Below are positions 19,834-30,571 of a DNA stretch of 64,000 nucleotides, piece after piece. Position 1 is the stretch's first letter, and every line of letters begins with the position of its first letter. A program made the translations under genes and the position numbers. The notes below the pieces were generated by a model. It saw only the letters and a program-made list of their open reading frames with translations, made no database searches and was not told where the DNA came from. Origin of the DNA: Bdellovibrionia bacterium (GTDB lineage Bacteria; Bdellovibrionota; UBA1018; JBILEK01); the NCBI GenBank assembly GCA_044352155.1, contig JBILEK010000003.1, forward strand, positions 834 to 64,833, given 5' to 3'.

Positions 19834-22068
19834 ATGCACTCAATCAGGGGCTTTACTCTTGTCGAGATCATGATTGCGATGGGGCTTACAGCGAGCGTGG
19901 GGCTTGGATCACTTGCGCTCCTCGACCACTTAGGCAAGGGGATCAAAAGTGTGACCGATCGAGCCGATATCGTAAGCACGCTCTCGAGCGTTTCGACTTT
20001 GCTCTCAGATCCTACTCTGTGCGCAAGCGCACTTACCGCCGTACAAAAAGGAACCCCCTCCAGAGTGCGCGTACCGGACTCACTACGATCGAGCGACGCA
20101 GGAGTTTTAGGGGCTCCTTACTTTAGCTGGGAGAGCGAAGTGGGGCAGTTCCAAAAAGTCTCTTCCGATCAAATCCGCTATGTCGGGCTGATGGGCGTTC
20201 CAACGCAGGATGGAGGTCTTAGCCAAGTCCTCTTAGCCTCAGCCGATGCGGCTGAGCTTTTTGGACTCCCACAGACGATCCCAGGCAACACCAACGTCCG
20301 CATCGCAGAGATGGGTCTCGTGCGGATGACGCCAAAAGAGGACGTCCGTATCGACGGCGAGTCCTGTAGGGTGCAAGTGCAGTTGAGGATGGTGTTTGAA
20401 AAAGTGGACCGCCGTATCTCTACCGGCGCGTCGCGCTTTGAGCGCAATTTCTTACTCAATGCTCGCGTAAAATGTCCAGAAGGCCGCATGGAAGGAGTAC
20501 ACCCCCTCCAGAGCTGTGGCCTGCAAGCTCCGAACAATGCAGATCTCTGCCTTGAGCTTGGCGGAGTCTACTCCCCCACTCGTCCACCCGCTGATCGCTG
20601 CTTGTTTGAGCAAAAGCGTTTTGCAAACCCTCACCCTGCCGGATCGCCGTCCGTAATCGACTATGACACCGCGATTGAGCTTGATCCAAACCCACTGCAA
20701 GGCGCCGCTGTTTCACGTGGGATCACTGATGTGTTTCCTGGACGGATCCAGCTTCACGGAAACGGTAACACCGTACAAACGCTCGACACAGCGATTGATC
20801 AGCACGGACCCAGCGGACAACTTGCGTTTTCGCGCTCCACCGGATCACTTACAGGTCGAGGACTGATCCGTGGTCAGCCTGATAGACTCAGTGCTCAAAC
20901 TAGCCTCGGGGTGATCACTTTTCGTGGACTCAACTCCGTCACCCATCCAACATACAGTGGCGCTCCCCATAACGGTCGCGAGTTTGTTCAGGCAGTTGGA
21001 ATCACCGCAAGCACCGACGGCAACTGGACACAAAACTCGAGCCCCTCACGAATCAACTTCACGACTACGCGCAGTGGTGTTGACACCTGGTTTGCACGCC
21101 CGCCGTTGCAATCGAGTTTTGGCAATCGGCCCGAACTGATCCGACAATACCCAGACTCTCCGGATGCAAACGCAATGACGATCCCAACGCTTTCAGTACG
21201 TGAAAGTCAAGCTCTTGAGGCGGCTGCAGAGATCCGTTTCGGAGTGGCCACCCGTATGGGTGACGGCAGTCCGCGCAGTGAGCCTCAACCTGGGCAGAGT
21301 TACAATGGAGGCACTCATCCCAACACGACGGCCTCAGGTTTAAGAGTGACTCACCGTCGTGGAGGGACCTTAAGAGTGCTCACCACTCCAGTCAGCACGC
21401 CGGGTTATGGCTACCAGAGCAAACTTGCTCTTAGCTCAGAGAGCGACCTCATTCAAGTACTCCAGCTCCGTAACAACGAGACCGGCGAGAACCTGGATCT
21501 TGAAATGCGCGATCTTCACGCACGAGACTTGTACCTGGCTCAGAACAACCCTAAGCAAAACTTAAGCGTCCTTGCAGCCGAAAACGACCAAGGACGAGCG
21601 CGCTGGCTTACGCCAAAGTATATCAAAATGGCAGGAAGCGTAAATCTCACCGATAGCTTGCAAGGAGAGCTAAATCTCTCTCGCTGTATCGCAAGGAGCC
21701 AGGGAGGAAGCACTCAGAACATCCATGGCATCTACGACGGAACAGATCTCAACCAGATCAACTGCCACAATCTCCAGTTCACCAATGGCGACGCAATCCC
21801 TAACGGACATCCGATTCTGGATCGAATCGGAATGACCGATACCGTAGGCACTCGCCGCTCCCCGACTCCGACTAACCCCATACAATGGGACATGTGCTTT
21901 CTCTCCGAGAACGTCATCATGCCCTCATCAGCCGCCACCGCCACTAACAGCAGCCCCACAGGTTGTGTGATCGATATTACTCCAAATGGCTGGCGGCTCA
22001 CCGGGATCAAGAGCTCTCATACTGCAATTAAGTGCGAAGCGTTCTGTGTGAAAATGGTGTTTGAATGA
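19834..22068 (+). CDS. Large (744 aa) type IV pilin-like / pseudopilin-like protein with class III (prepilin) signal and Cys-rich Gly/Ser/Thr/Asn-rich extracellular region
   Basis: N-terminus MHSIRG-FTLVEIMIAMGL is a canonical prepilin peptidase motif (G at -1, F at +1, E at +5, hydrophobic helix). About 14 Cys in the remainder. Coding frame verified from ATG 19834. Confidence 0.7.
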   Translation: MHSIRGFTLVEIMIAMGLTASVGLGSLALLDHLGKGIKSVTDRADIVSTLSSVSTLLSDPTLCASALTAVQKGTPSRVRVPDSLRSSDAGVLGAPYFSWESEVGQFQKVSSDQIRYVGLMGVPTQDGGLSQVLLASADAAELFGLPQTIPGNTNVRIAEMGLVRMTPKEDVRIDGESCRVQVQLRMVFEKVDRRISTGASRFERNFLLNARVKCPEGRMEGVHPLQSCGLQAPNNADLCLELGGVYSPTRPPADRCLFEQKRFANPHPAGSPSVIDYDTAIELDPNPLQGAAVSRGITDVFPGRIQLHGNGNTVQTLDTAIDQHGPSGQLAFSRSTGSLTGRGLIRGQPDRLSAQTSLGVITFRGLNSVTHPTYSGAPHNGREFVQAVGITASTDGNWTQNSSPSRINFTTTRSGVDTWFARPPLQSSFGNRPELIRQYPDSPDANAMTIPTLSVRESQALEAAAEIRFGVATRMGDGSPRSEPQPGQSYNGGTHPNTTASGLRVTHRRGGTLRVLTTPVSTPGYGYQSKLALSSESDLIQVLQLRNNETGENLDLEMRDLHARDLYLAQNNPKQNLSVLAAENDQGRARWLTPKYIKMAGSVNLTDSLQGELNLSRCIARSQGGSTQNIHGIYDGTDLNQINCHNLQFTNGDAIPNGHPILDRIGMTDTVGTRRSPTPTNPIQWDMCFLSENVIMPSSAATATNSSPTGCVIDITPNGWRLTGIKSSHTAIKCEAFCVKMVFE

Positions 22069-22083
22069 GCTACACTGACGTTC

Positions 22084-22914
22084 GTGCCTCCTCAGCCCAA
22101 AAAATCCTTTGAAGATGCGCTCCATGCGTTTCATGCCCACTACGATGCTCTTTGGGGTGAGCGATGGGAGTCTCTTAAACGTGCCCTCAGGGATGAGGAT
22201 TTTAAGAGCGCTTGGCGCAATCCGTTTCCTGGCCTTAAAGAACAGTATTTTCTTGACCCTGCCTCCATTGCAGTTGCTCAAGCCCTCCAAGTACAACCCG
22301 GCGATCGTGTGCTTGATCTGTGCGCAGCTCCGGGCGGAAAAACTCTCATCCTCGCTCAATCTCTTGCCTCGCACGGCGAGCTCACTGCAAACGAGCGCTC
22401 CTCCGAGCGTCGTGCACGTCTCAAGCGCGTGCTTGTGGAGTATCTTCCACCTGAGCTACGCGCACGCATCCGCGTGACCGGACATGACGCCACTCGCTGG
22501 GGCCTCCACGAGCGAGACCACTACGATCGCGTGTTGCTGGATGCGCCTTGCTCAAGCGAGGCGCACGTGCTCCGCGACCCGAAGGCGTTAGCGCTTTGGT
22601 CACCCAAACGCTCTGAGCGACTTGCGATCCAAGCGTACGCTATGCTTGCCTCAGCGCTTACAGCACTAAAGCCCGGCGGTGTGCTCGTCTACTCGACTTG
22701 CTCAGTGGCTCGGGCAGAGAACGACCAAGTTCTCCAAAAACTCATCACTCGCAGAGGATCAGAGATCACTCTGCTTCAGACCCAGCTCAACATCGGTGAG
22801 GCCACTGCGCACGGGTGGCAGATTCTGCCCGATCGCGATCGCGCAGGTCCGATGTATTTCAGCAAACTTAAAAAACTGGGAGCGCACTCGACTGTTGAAG
22901 GAACTGGTTTTTAA
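22084..22914 (+). CDS. NOL1/NOP2/Sun-family RNA m5C methyltransferase (RsmB/RsmF-like catalytic domain)
   Basis: SAM motif DLCAAPGGKT, catalytic motifs LLDAPCSSEA and VYSTCS. Confidence 0.8.
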   Translation: MPPQPKKSFEDALHAFHAHYDALWGERWESLKRALRDEDFKSAWRNPFPGLKEQYFLDPASIAVAQALQVQPGDRVLDLCAAPGGKTLILAQSLASHGELTANERSSERRARLKRVLVEYLPPELRARIRVTGHDATRWGLHERDHYDRVLLDAPCSSEAHVLRDPKALALWSPKRSERLAIQAYAMLASALTALKPGGVLVYSTCSVARAENDQVLQKLITRRGSEITLLQTQLNIGEATAHGWQILPDRDRAGPMYFSKLKKLGAHSTVEGTGF

Positions 22915-22915
22915 A

Positions 22916-22951
22916 ATGCCCGAGGCGCAGTCGGTCTGACCGTCGCCTCGG
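22916..22951. terminator. Bidirectional stem-loop between convergent rsm-like gene and the act operon
   Basis: Perfect 10-bp arms GCCCGAGGCG/CGCCTCGGGC (22916-22925 and 22942-22951) with an inner CGGTC/GACCG sub-stem; T/A-rich on the upstream side. Confidence 0.5.
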
Positions 22952-22999
22952 GCATCTCACAGCTGTACGAGCTCAGATGTTGGTTCTGGAGACTTCGAA

Positions 23000-24217
23000 C
23001 TACTGATGGTGGTGGTGCACTGATTCTGCCAGGCGCGGATCGCCGATGGCAACGACATTGTTCTTCGACAAGAAGCGCAATGCTGCAAACAAGAATAGCC
23101 CCAAGAAACCAAGCGTCACACCAATCTCAAAGATCCCGACGCGCGGGCCATCTTTGAAGAAATTGGGCTGAACAAGCCACAAGATATCGATCCACTGCGC
23201 GATCAGCATGAACACTGCAACTGCGACGAGCCACTTCTCGTTGCGTTTCGCGTCGCGACGGATCAACGCGAAAAACGGAACCATAAACTTACCGAACAGC
23301 AAGAACAAGGAGACATACATCCAGGATCCGCCGTTTTGCATGCGCTTGAGGTAAAAGCCCGTCTCCTCAGGCTGGTTTGCATACCAAATAAGCAAGAACT
23401 GAGAGATCGCGATGTAGGTCCAAAAAACCGTGAACGCAAACATGAACTTTCCAATATCGTGGAGATGATTTTCGTTCACGATCCCCGCAAGCACGCCCTT
23501 GCGCTTGAGCACGACCGTAAAGATCGCAAGCATCGCAAGTGTTGAGTAAAAGAGCCCCGCAAAGCAATAGATCCCAAAAATCGTCGAGAACCAATGCGGA
23601 TCAAGCGACATGATCTGATCAAAGCTCATCATTGTGAACCCGATCGCAAAGAAAATCAGAAACGCTGGCGTCAGCACCCGATTTTTGAGGGTCAGTCGGT
23701 AATCACCACTAGAGTCCTGGCGCACGGAGTTTCCGACCATCTTCCACGAAAAGAAAAACAAAATCGCAAATCCCACAAGATTGCGGATCGTAAAGAAACC
23801 CGCATTCAAGTAGCCCGATTTACCTCGAAGGATTGGATCCTTCATCACAGCCTCATGATCCATCCAGTGGTGATAAATGGGGTGAAGCGCCAGGCACACG
23901 CCAATCAAACTTAAGAGTGCGATCGGGAGATAAGCCGTAAACGACTCAGCCAAGCGACGCACTGGGGCTGACCACATTGCTCCTGTGATCCACTGAATTG
24001 CCGCGAAAAAAATCCCCCCCAGCGCCAAGCTCATAAAAAAGAAATGATTCACTAGATAGATCGACCAAGCACGATCTGCATTCGTGCGCCACAAAAAGAG
24101 AAACGACGCAAGTCCCGCAAGCATCAATGCAAAACACAGAAACTTGATCTCAGACGGTGTGGCGTAGGTCCCGGGGTTGCGAACCTTAAGGTCGTGGTGA
24201 CTTGCGTTTGCGCCCAT
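23000..24217 (-). CDS. actF: Alternative complex III subunit ActF (NrfD/PsrC-like integral membrane subunit); natural C-terminal HHHHQ tail
   Basis: Polytopic membrane protein, last gene of an actABCDEF-ordered operon. Confidence 0.7.
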   Translation of the reverse strand: MGANASHHDLKVRNPGTYATPSEIKFLCFALMLAGLASFLFLWRTNADRAWSIYLVNHFFFMSLALGGIFFAAIQWITGAMWSAPVRRLAESFTAYLPIALLSLIGVCLALHPIYHHWMDHEAVMKDPILRGKSGYLNAGFFTIRNLVGFAILFFFSWKMVGNSVRQDSSGDYRLTLKNRVLTPAFLIFFAIGFTMMSFDQIMSLDPHWFSTIFGIYCFAGLFYSTLAMLAIFTVVLKRKGVLAGIVNENHLHDIGKFMFAFTVFWTYIAISQFLLIWYANQPEETGFYLKRMQNGGSWMYVSLFLLFGKFMVPFFALIRRDAKRNEKWLVAVAVFMLIAQWIDILWLVQPNFFKDGPRVGIFEIGVTLGFLGLFLFAALRFLSKNNVVAIGDPRLAESVHHHHQ

Positions 24218-24220
24218 AGA

Positions 24221-24778
24221 TTAGAAACCTTCTGCTGCTTTCATTTCTTCGTTCGTCGGACTCTTCGCTTTTTGGAGTGCCCGAATGTAGTGAATGATCG
24301 CCCAGCGCGTCTGAGGGTCCACTTGCTGAGCATAGGAGGGCATTAGGTTCTGCCCTTTGGTGATCACGTGATAAATACTGCCGTCCGGATAGCCGCGGAT
24401 CTTGTCGCTTTGAAGGGAAGGCGGTTGTGGATATTTTGGGACGATCGAGCCGTTTCCTTCGCCATAAGTCCCATGGCAAACAGCGCAATAAACGTTGTAA
24501 TACTTTTGGCCTTCTTGAAGGACTTGACGGTTTTTAGGACGCGGATTTCGAAGACTTTTCCCAGCCTCTTCCAGCGTCTCGGGGACTTCATCTTTGACAA
24601 AGTTACGATGAATCGTCCCCTTCACCGGCATGCGAGGCGGGTACTCTTCCTGCGCCTTATAGCTCGGCTGATAAGCCATATCCGGCATGTAAATGAAGTT
24701 GGGATCTTTGTGCTTCCCACATCCCATCAACCCAAGCGCGAGAGCAGCCACCGGAGCGAGAGTGAATTGTTTCATCAC
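24221..24778 (-). CDS. actE: Alternative complex III subunit ActE (monoheme cytochrome c lipoprotein)
   Basis: Lipoprotein signal LALGLMGC, single CAVCH heme motif. Confidence 0.75.
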   Translation of the reverse strand: MMKQFTLAPVAALALGLMGCGKHKDPNFIYMPDMAYQPSYKAQEEYPPRMPVKGTIHRNFVKDEVPETLEEAGKSLRNPRPKNRQVLQEGQKYYNVYCAVCHGTYGEGNGSIVPKYPQPPSLQSDKIRGYPDGSIYHVITKGQNLMPSYAQQVDPQTRWAIIHYIRALQKAKSPTNEEMKAAEGF

Positions 24779-25399
24779 TTAAAACCACCCTTCATTGACG
24801 CACTTCTTTACTTCAACGGCGCCTGCTGAGCGAAGGAGCTGCTCTGCTTCTGCTGCATCAAACTTTTTGAAGCGAGCATGCTTTTTGACCTCTTCCTCGT
24901 CCTCCGCATCAAACTCAGGCTCCTCAATTACAATCGCAAAGCGATCGTTCGTGAGCGAAGGATCGAGGGCGCGTTTGTTTAGGTTCGGGAGACGGTTGAG
25001 TGCGAGCATCCCGAGCAGGGTCGAAATCCCAGCCAACAGAATCGTAAACTCAAACAGAACCGGAATGAACGCAGGCCACGAGTTAAACGGCTTACCTCCG
25101 ATGTTGTGAGCCCATCCCTGTCCGCCAAGGAAGTTGCCCAAAAAGATCTCGTGCGACGTGTAGTACTGAAGCCCAAATCCAATGCACGCTCCGGTTACGC
25201 CACCAAAAAAAGTAATCCAAGGGAGCCGAGAGCGCGCAAGTCCCTGCGCCTCGTCCATCCCATGCACCGGGAAAGGAGAGAACGCATCGAAGAGCTCGTA
25301 ATTGGCAGCACGCACTTTTTTCATACCCTCAAGCATGGCTTGAGGATTCGGGAAATAACCCAACACCGCTTTTCCACGCGGCAAAGCGTGATCAGACAT
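24779..25399 (-). CDS. actD: Alternative complex III subunit ActD
   Basis: About 200-aa membrane-anchored protein between actC and actE; operon position. Confidence 0.65.
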   Translation of the reverse strand: MSDHALPRGKAVLGYFPNPQAMLEGMKKVRAANYELFDAFSPFPVHGMDEAQGLARSRLPWITFFGGVTGACIGFGLQYYTSHEIFLGNFLGGQGWAHNIGGKPFNSWPAFIPVLFEFTILLAGISTLLGMLALNRLPNLNKRALDPSLTNDRFAIVIEEPEFDAEDEEEVKKHARFKKFDAAEAEQLLRSAGAVEVKKCVNEGWF

Positions 25400-26789
25400 G
25401 AGAGCCTCCCTGCGTTTTTGATCCTGGCGGATCCATTACGCCTTTGATCTCTGACATCGCAAGCGTCGGCAGGAGCCGGCAGAACAGTAAGAACATCACG
25501 AAAAACAAACCAAACGCCCCAAAAGTCCATCCCCAATCGTACCAAGTCGGGAAATACATCGCCCAACTTGAAGGGATGAAGTCTTTATAGAGAGAGGTGA
25601 CCGTAATCACGTATCGCTCAAACCACATCCCGATGTTGACGTAGAGTGAGATGACAAACATCACGCCGACGTGCCTGCGCAATTTCTTGAACCAAAACAA
25701 CTGTGGGAAAAACACGTTGCACGAGACCATGATCCAATACGCCCACCAGTACTCACCAAAAGCACGGTTGATGAAGACGTATTTCTCAAATGGGTTACCC
25801 GAGTACCAAGCAATAAAAAACTCGCACGCATACGCGTAGCCCACCATCATGCCTGTCGCCATGATGATCTTGTTCATTTTTTCCAAGTGATCGAGCGTGA
25901 TGTATTGCTTGAAGTTAAACACTTCGCGCATGAACACGAGCAACGTCACAACCATCGCAAATCCAGAGAAAATGGCTCCGGCCACGAAGTAAGGTGGAAA
26001 AATCGTCGTGTGCCAACCCGGGATCATCGAAACTGCGAAATCAAACGAAACGATCGTGTGCACCGAGAGAACCAGAGGCGTCGAAAGGCCCGCAAAAATC
26101 ATGTATGCAATTTCATAATGGGACCAGTGCCGGTTGTTTCCGCGCCATCCCAAAGAGAGCATCGTTAAGATAGTTTTTCGGATCCCCGGTTGCGCACGGT
26201 CACGCAGCGAGGCCAAATCTGGAATCAGCCCCACAAACCAGAACAGAAGAGAAATCGTGAAGTACGTTGAAACTGCAAACACGTCCCAAAGAAGCGGGGA
26301 TCTGAAGTTCACCCACAACTGCCTCTGGTTTGGATAAGGAAGTAGCCAGTACGCCGCAAACCAAGGCCGCCCCGTATGGAGAAGCGGGAACGAGAGCGCC
26401 GTGATGACGGCAAAGATGGTCATCGCTTCGGCTGAACGGTTGATCGCTGTGCGCCACTTCTGTCGGAACAAAAACAAGATTGCAGAGATCAAAGTGCCCG
26501 CATGCCCGATCCCGACCCAGAACACGAAGTTCGTAATGTCCGTGCCCCAACCTGCCGGTTGATTGATTCCAAGCACCCCTTGTCCGCGCGTGACAAAAGA
26601 AAAAACAACGAACGCCCAGATCGCAAGTGCGGTCAGAGAGAAAAGAAAAATCCCCCACCAACGGCGCGTCGGAAACGTCTCAGCCGGAAGCGCAACGTCT
26701 TGATTGACGTCGGCATAGGTTTTCCCTCCCTGAACGAGGACTTCGGGCACATACTTCGTTTGATCCATCTCAGTGGTGTGCGTCGCCAT
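25392..26789 (-). CDS. actC: Alternative complex III subunit ActC (NrfD/PsrC-family quinol-interacting membrane subunit)
   Basis: 465-aa polytopic membrane protein following actB. Confidence 0.75.
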   Translation of the reverse strand: MATHTTEMDQTKYVPEVLVQGGKTYADVNQDVALPAETFPTRRWWGIFLFSLTALAIWAFVVFSFVTRGQGVLGINQPAGWGTDITNFVFWVGIGHAGTLISAILFLFRQKWRTAINRSAEAMTIFAVITALSFPLLHTGRPWFAAYWLLPYPNQRQLWVNFRSPLLWDVFAVSTYFTISLLFWFVGLIPDLASLRDRAQPGIRKTILTMLSLGWRGNNRHWSHYEIAYMIFAGLSTPLVLSVHTIVSFDFAVSMIPGWHTTIFPPYFVAGAIFSGFAMVVTLLVFMREVFNFKQYITLDHLEKMNKIIMATGMMVGYAYACEFFIAWYSGNPFEKYVFINRAFGEYWWAYWIMVSCNVFFPQLFWFKKLRRHVGVMFVISLYVNIGMWFERYVITVTSLYKDFIPSSWAMYFPTWYDWGWTFGAFGLFFVMFLLFCRLLPTLAMSEIKGVMDPPGSKTQGGSHV

Positions 26790-29700
26790 CGGCGGCTCCG
26801 TTCTTTTCGGTGTTGCGGACCACGTTTCTCACTTTGGAGAGATACGAAATCATCGGTTTTGCGTTTAAGATCTCAAGCACCCGGAACGCCCGAGCGTCTT
26901 CGCGGAGCTTGGAGACCTTGGAGTTCGGATCATTGACGTTGCCGAACACGATCGCCTCTGTTGGGCACGTCTGCTGACATGCTGTCTTAAGATCGGCATC
27001 CGTGATCTTGCGGCCTTGCGCCTTTGTCGTGTCGCGTGCCGTTTGAATGCGCTGAACACAGAATGAACACTTCTCCATCACCCCGCGTGTCCGCACGGTG
27101 ACATCTGGGTTCCACGCCAAATTCATCGTGTCTTTGTAGTCCTTCCAGTGATCAAAGAAGTTAAAGCGGCGCACTTTGTACGGGCAGTTGTTTGCGCAGT
27201 AGCGCGTGCCCACGCAACGGTTATAGGTCATTTGATTCAGACCTTCTTCGTTGTGCGAAGTCGCGATCACCGGACAGACCGTCTCGCAAGGTGCGTTCTC
27301 ACAGTGTTGGCAGAGCATCGGCTGAAACACGACTTCAGGATCGTTTGCAGGACCTGAGAAATAGCGATCGATCTTAATCCAGTGCATCTCTCGAGAGAAA
27401 CGCACGCGATCACGACCGACGACGGGGATATTGTTCTCCGCTTGGCAGGCGATCACACATGCGCCACATCCGGTGCAGGAACTCAGATCAATCGCCATCG
27501 CCCAACGGTAGCCTTGCGAGTAGTCGTGCTTAGGCCAGATGGTCGGCACAGGCTCCATGCGCAAGTGCGGATCCGTATGCGCCTCCGCTTTTGGGTTTTT
27601 ACGAAACTCCGCGAGCGTGATGTCGTTGACGATTGGGCGTCCTTCGGTACGGTGGTGTCCTTGCGTAATCGCAAGCTCAAAGCGCATTCCCGTCTTTACG
27701 ACTTTCACTCCGCTTCCGGACAGAACGTACTCTCGATCTGTGCGCGAGAGTTTAAACGCGTTCCAGCCACAGTTTTGGCCGACTTTACCCGCGCGCACTC
27801 GTCCATAGCCTGAGGCGATCGCAATCGTGCTCTGATGAAGACCCGGCTGCACAAGTACAGGGAGCTCAATACGACTCTCCGGCTTTTCAGCAAGCGAGAC
27901 CGCAACGACATCTCCGGTTTTGAGTTGATTTAAGCGCGCAAACTCCACCGAAACTGCAGCAAAGTTATCCCAAGTCGCTGTCGTCATCGGATCCGGCATC
28001 TCAAGGAGCCAAGGGTTGTTGGCGAAACGTCCATCCCCCATTGCAGCAGATGAGTAAATTGCAAGTCGAGGCTCGTTGCTCGCAGGTTTAAACGCAGGAA
28101 TTACTGGAGCACTTCCCGCACGGATGGAGCGCGCACTTCCGCGTGAGGGCAGCCCGACCCAGCCCTTTTGGAGAGCATGATCCCAGCTCAGTCCCTTAAA
28201 TCGCGCTGCAAAGCCTTTGCGTAGCACATCATACCAAGTGCCCGAAGCGCTCATCTTAAGTCCCGCAGCCTTGCCCCATTGCAAAAGCGAGTCTTCAAAA
28301 GCGCGCGTATCGTGCAGAGGCGCGATCGCAGGCTGCTGAAGAGCATAAACTCCTACCGCAGGCTCAGCGTCGCCCCAGTTCTCAAGATAGTGATGATCCC
28401 CTGCGACCGCATCGCCTAAGGCTGCGGTCTCATCGATCCGATCTGCAACTGAGACCACGAACTTCACTTTTTTCAGAAGAGCTTCAAAACCTGGAACACT
28501 GTATACGGGGTTTGAGCGATGCAGGATGAGGACATCAACAGAGCCTGAACGCATCTCTTCCATCAGCTTAGCGAAGTACTTATACCCTCGACCTACGTAC
28601 GAGCGCCCGGTCATGACGGTCTGGCCTTCGTTTCCGAGAGCGGAGTTCAGCATCGCAACCACGCACTGAAGTGCGAGCGAATCCTCGGAGCGCGAGTCTG
28701 CCCCACCTGCGACGACGAGCGATGTTCCGCGCGCGGATCTTAGCGCTGCCGCTGCAGCTTTGAGGCGCTCCAGGGCCTGCGCGCTCCCCACGTCTTTTGC
28801 AACGGCATCAAGCGTATAGCCTTGCGCTCGAGCCATCTGAGGCGCGATCTCGGAGAGAAGTGCCATGGCGATCTTGAGCTCATCACCAGGGCGGATGGCC
28901 ACACGCTCATCTGCGTTCGCTCCCGTAAGTGAGTAGTTGGACTCAAAAGCAAAGAGTCGAGACATCTTTGCTCCAGAAGCACGAGCGGAGTCGAGCTTGC
29001 GATTGGACATCCAAGCGCGCGCGTTTGACTCACTTTGGGGCCACGCCCCCAAAAAATCCCCACCAATCGAAACCACGACTTGGGCCCGAGTGAAATCGTA
29101 GGCCGGGATCGCTCGATTCCCCGTAAGCAACTCGGCCGCATCCGCCTGTGAGTCGAGATCCAAAGGCTCAAAATGAATAACTTGCCCGTCGCGGAAAGCG
29201 CCACAGAACTCGCGCGCAAGCGCAAGAGTTTGAGGTCCTGGGGTCACCCCGAGCAGCATGCGCACGCGAGCAGCACTTGAAAGCGCGCTCACGACACGCG
29301 CATCGAGCTCATCCCAGGGCACTTGTTTTTCAGCGCCTGTCGCGCGATCAATCAGCGTCGCGCCCTTGGCTCGATCCAGATCATAGAGATTGAGCACCGA
29401 AGCCTGCACCTGTGCTGAGACCGTGCCGCCTGTGGTCGAATCAAGATCGTTGCCTTCGAGCTTGATGGGGCGACCTTCGCGCGTTTTCACTAAGATTGCG
29501 GGCGTATCCGACACATCTTTACAGACTGAAGCGTAGTAGTTTGCCTTGCCTGGCGTGATCTGTTCGGGCGGGACGACGTAGGGAATGATCTTGTGCACCG
29601 GCCGACGTGCACACGCGAGCGTCGACATCGCAGTCGCTGCGCCCATCAAGGTCAAAAACTCGCGTCGCGCAACACCTTGCGTGTCGAGTTTCTCGAGCGC

Positions 29701-29856
29701 TTCTAAGGTCTCGATGGGCTTGTGGAGAAACTCTCGACCTCGCGACTCCTGCTGAGCCTCATCACTCCAGTACTGAGCGGAGAGCTCTTCAAGTCCCGAC
29801 CAGTGACGGGGGGGAGTAAATCCTTCGGCGGAAGCGGGCGTGTTTTCGTCTTTCAT
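26770..29856 (-). CDS. actB: Alternative complex III subunit ActB (molybdopterin-oxidoreductase-like domain fused to 4Fe-4S ferredoxin domain), Tat-exported
   Basis: Twin-arginine signal [20 protein letters not shown]; multiple ferredoxin Cys clusters ([41 protein letters not shown]...CQQTCP); 1028 aa. Confidence 0.85.
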   Translation of the reverse strand: MKDENTPASAEGFTPPRHWSGLEELSAQYWSDEAQQESRGREFLHKPIETLEALEKLDTQGVARREFLTLMGAATAMSTLACARRPVHKIIPYVVPPEQITPGKANYYASVCKDVSDTPAILVKTREGRPIKLEGNDLDSTTGGTVSAQVQASVLNLYDLDRAKGATLIDRATGAEKQVPWDELDARVVSALSSAARVRMLLGVTPGPQTLALAREFCGAFRDGQVIHFEPLDLDSQADAAELLTGNRAIPAYDFTRAQVVVSIGGDFLGAWPQSESNARAWMSNRKLDSARASGAKMSRLFAFESNYSLTGANADERVAIRPGDELKIAMALLSEIAPQMARAQGYTLDAVAKDVGSAQALERLKAAAAALRSARGTSLVVAGGADSRSEDSLALQCVVAMLNSALGNEGQTVMTGRSYVGRGYKYFAKLMEEMRSGSVDVLILHRSNPVYSVPGFEALLKKVKFVVSVADRIDETAALGDAVAGDHHYLENWGDAEPAVGVYALQQPAIAPLHDTRAFEDSLLQWGKAAGLKMSASGTWYDVLRKGFAARFKGLSWDHALQKGWVGLPSRGSARSIRAGSAPVIPAFKPASNEPRLAIYSSAAMGDGRFANNPWLLEMPDPMTTATWDNFAAVSVEFARLNQLKTGDVVAVSLAEKPESRIELPVLVQPGLHQSTIAIASGYGRVRAGKVGQNCGWNAFKLSRTDREYVLSGSGVKVVKTGMRFELAITQGHHRTEGRPIVNDITLAEFRKNPKAEAHTDPHLRMEPVPTIWPKHDYSQGYRWAMAIDLSSCTGCGACVIACQAENNIPVVGRDRVRFSREMHWIKIDRYFSGPANDPEVVFQPMLCQHCENAPCETVCPVIATSHNEEGLNQMTYNRCVGTRYCANNCPYKVRRFNFFDHWKDYKDTMNLAWNPDVTVRTRGVMEKCSFCVQRIQTARDTTKAQGRKITDADLKTACQQTCPTEAIVFGNVNDPNSKVSKLREDARAFRVLEILNAKPMISYLSKVRNVVRNTEKNGAADGDAHH

Positions 29857-29865
29857 GATGATTCC

Positions 29866-30528
29866 TTAATAGTGGCAGACTGCGCAGTTAAACGGCGCAA
29901 CGGGTTTGCCTTTGGCTTCTTCTGCCGTGAGTCCGGGGTGAGTTTTTTCAACAAGCCACGCTGGGGTGGTCTGGCCACGATGGCACTCAAGACACCATCC
30001 CATGGTGAGAGGTTTGTCCTGATAAACGACTTCCATATCCTGAATCGGACCGTGGCACTGCTGACAGGAGATCCCCTTTTCGATGTGGGGGCGATGATTG
30101 AATTTCGCGTGATCCGGAAGCTCATGAATTCGGATCCACTGGATCGGAGTGTTTGACGTACAGTTAAACTGATCGTCTGGCTTGCAGTGCTCCCAGATCT
30201 TTTGAACTTCGGGGCTATCGGTCTTCACCACGCGGTGGCAGTTCATGCAGACTTGCACCGCAGGCACCGAGGCGTGAGGACCTTTTTCGACGTTGATGTG
30301 GCAGTACTTACAATCGATCTTGAGCTCCCCTGCATGGAGCTTGTGGCTATAAGCAATGGGCTGCGTGGGCATGTACCCCTGGTTCGTGGACGTTGGAAAA
30401 ACGTACGCGATCACTGGGATCCCTAGAAGCACGCCTAAAACCAGAGTGAAAAAACCGAGCTTCTTTTGAACGCTCCAATTCCTCTGGACACCACCCGCCG
30501 GATCTTCTGCCATAAGCACCTTTAACAC
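29866..30528 (-). CDS. actA: Alternative complex III subunit ActA (pentaheme cytochrome c, membrane-anchored)
   Basis: Five CxxCH motifs (CKYCH, CMNCH, CQQCH, CLECH, CAVCH) after an N-terminal TM anchor. Start may be the second ATG (30513). Confidence 0.85.
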   Translation of the reverse strand: MLKVLMAEDPAGGVQRNWSVQKKLGFFTLVLGVLLGIPVIAYVFPTSTNQGYMPTQPIAYSHKLHAGELKIDCKYCHINVEKGPHASVPAVQVCMNCHRVVKTDSPEVQKIWEHCKPDDQFNCTSNTPIQWIRIHELPDHAKFNHRPHIEKGISCQQCHGPIQDMEVVYQDKPLTMGWCLECHRGQTTPAWLVEKTHPGLTAEEAKGKPVAPFNCAVCHY

Positions 30529-30571
30529 GTTGAGTTTGAGACTCAGTTATACTGTGCCCCCGGGCCCGGAT

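Noticed and set aside
25671-26168. 165-aa plus-strand ORF
   Set aside because: Antisense to actC; Arg/His-rich low-complexity translation typical of a shadow ORF.
28740-29225. 161-aa minus-strand ORF inside actB
   Set aside because: An alternative frame within the actB coding region. ActB is continuous and motif-supported through this stretch.
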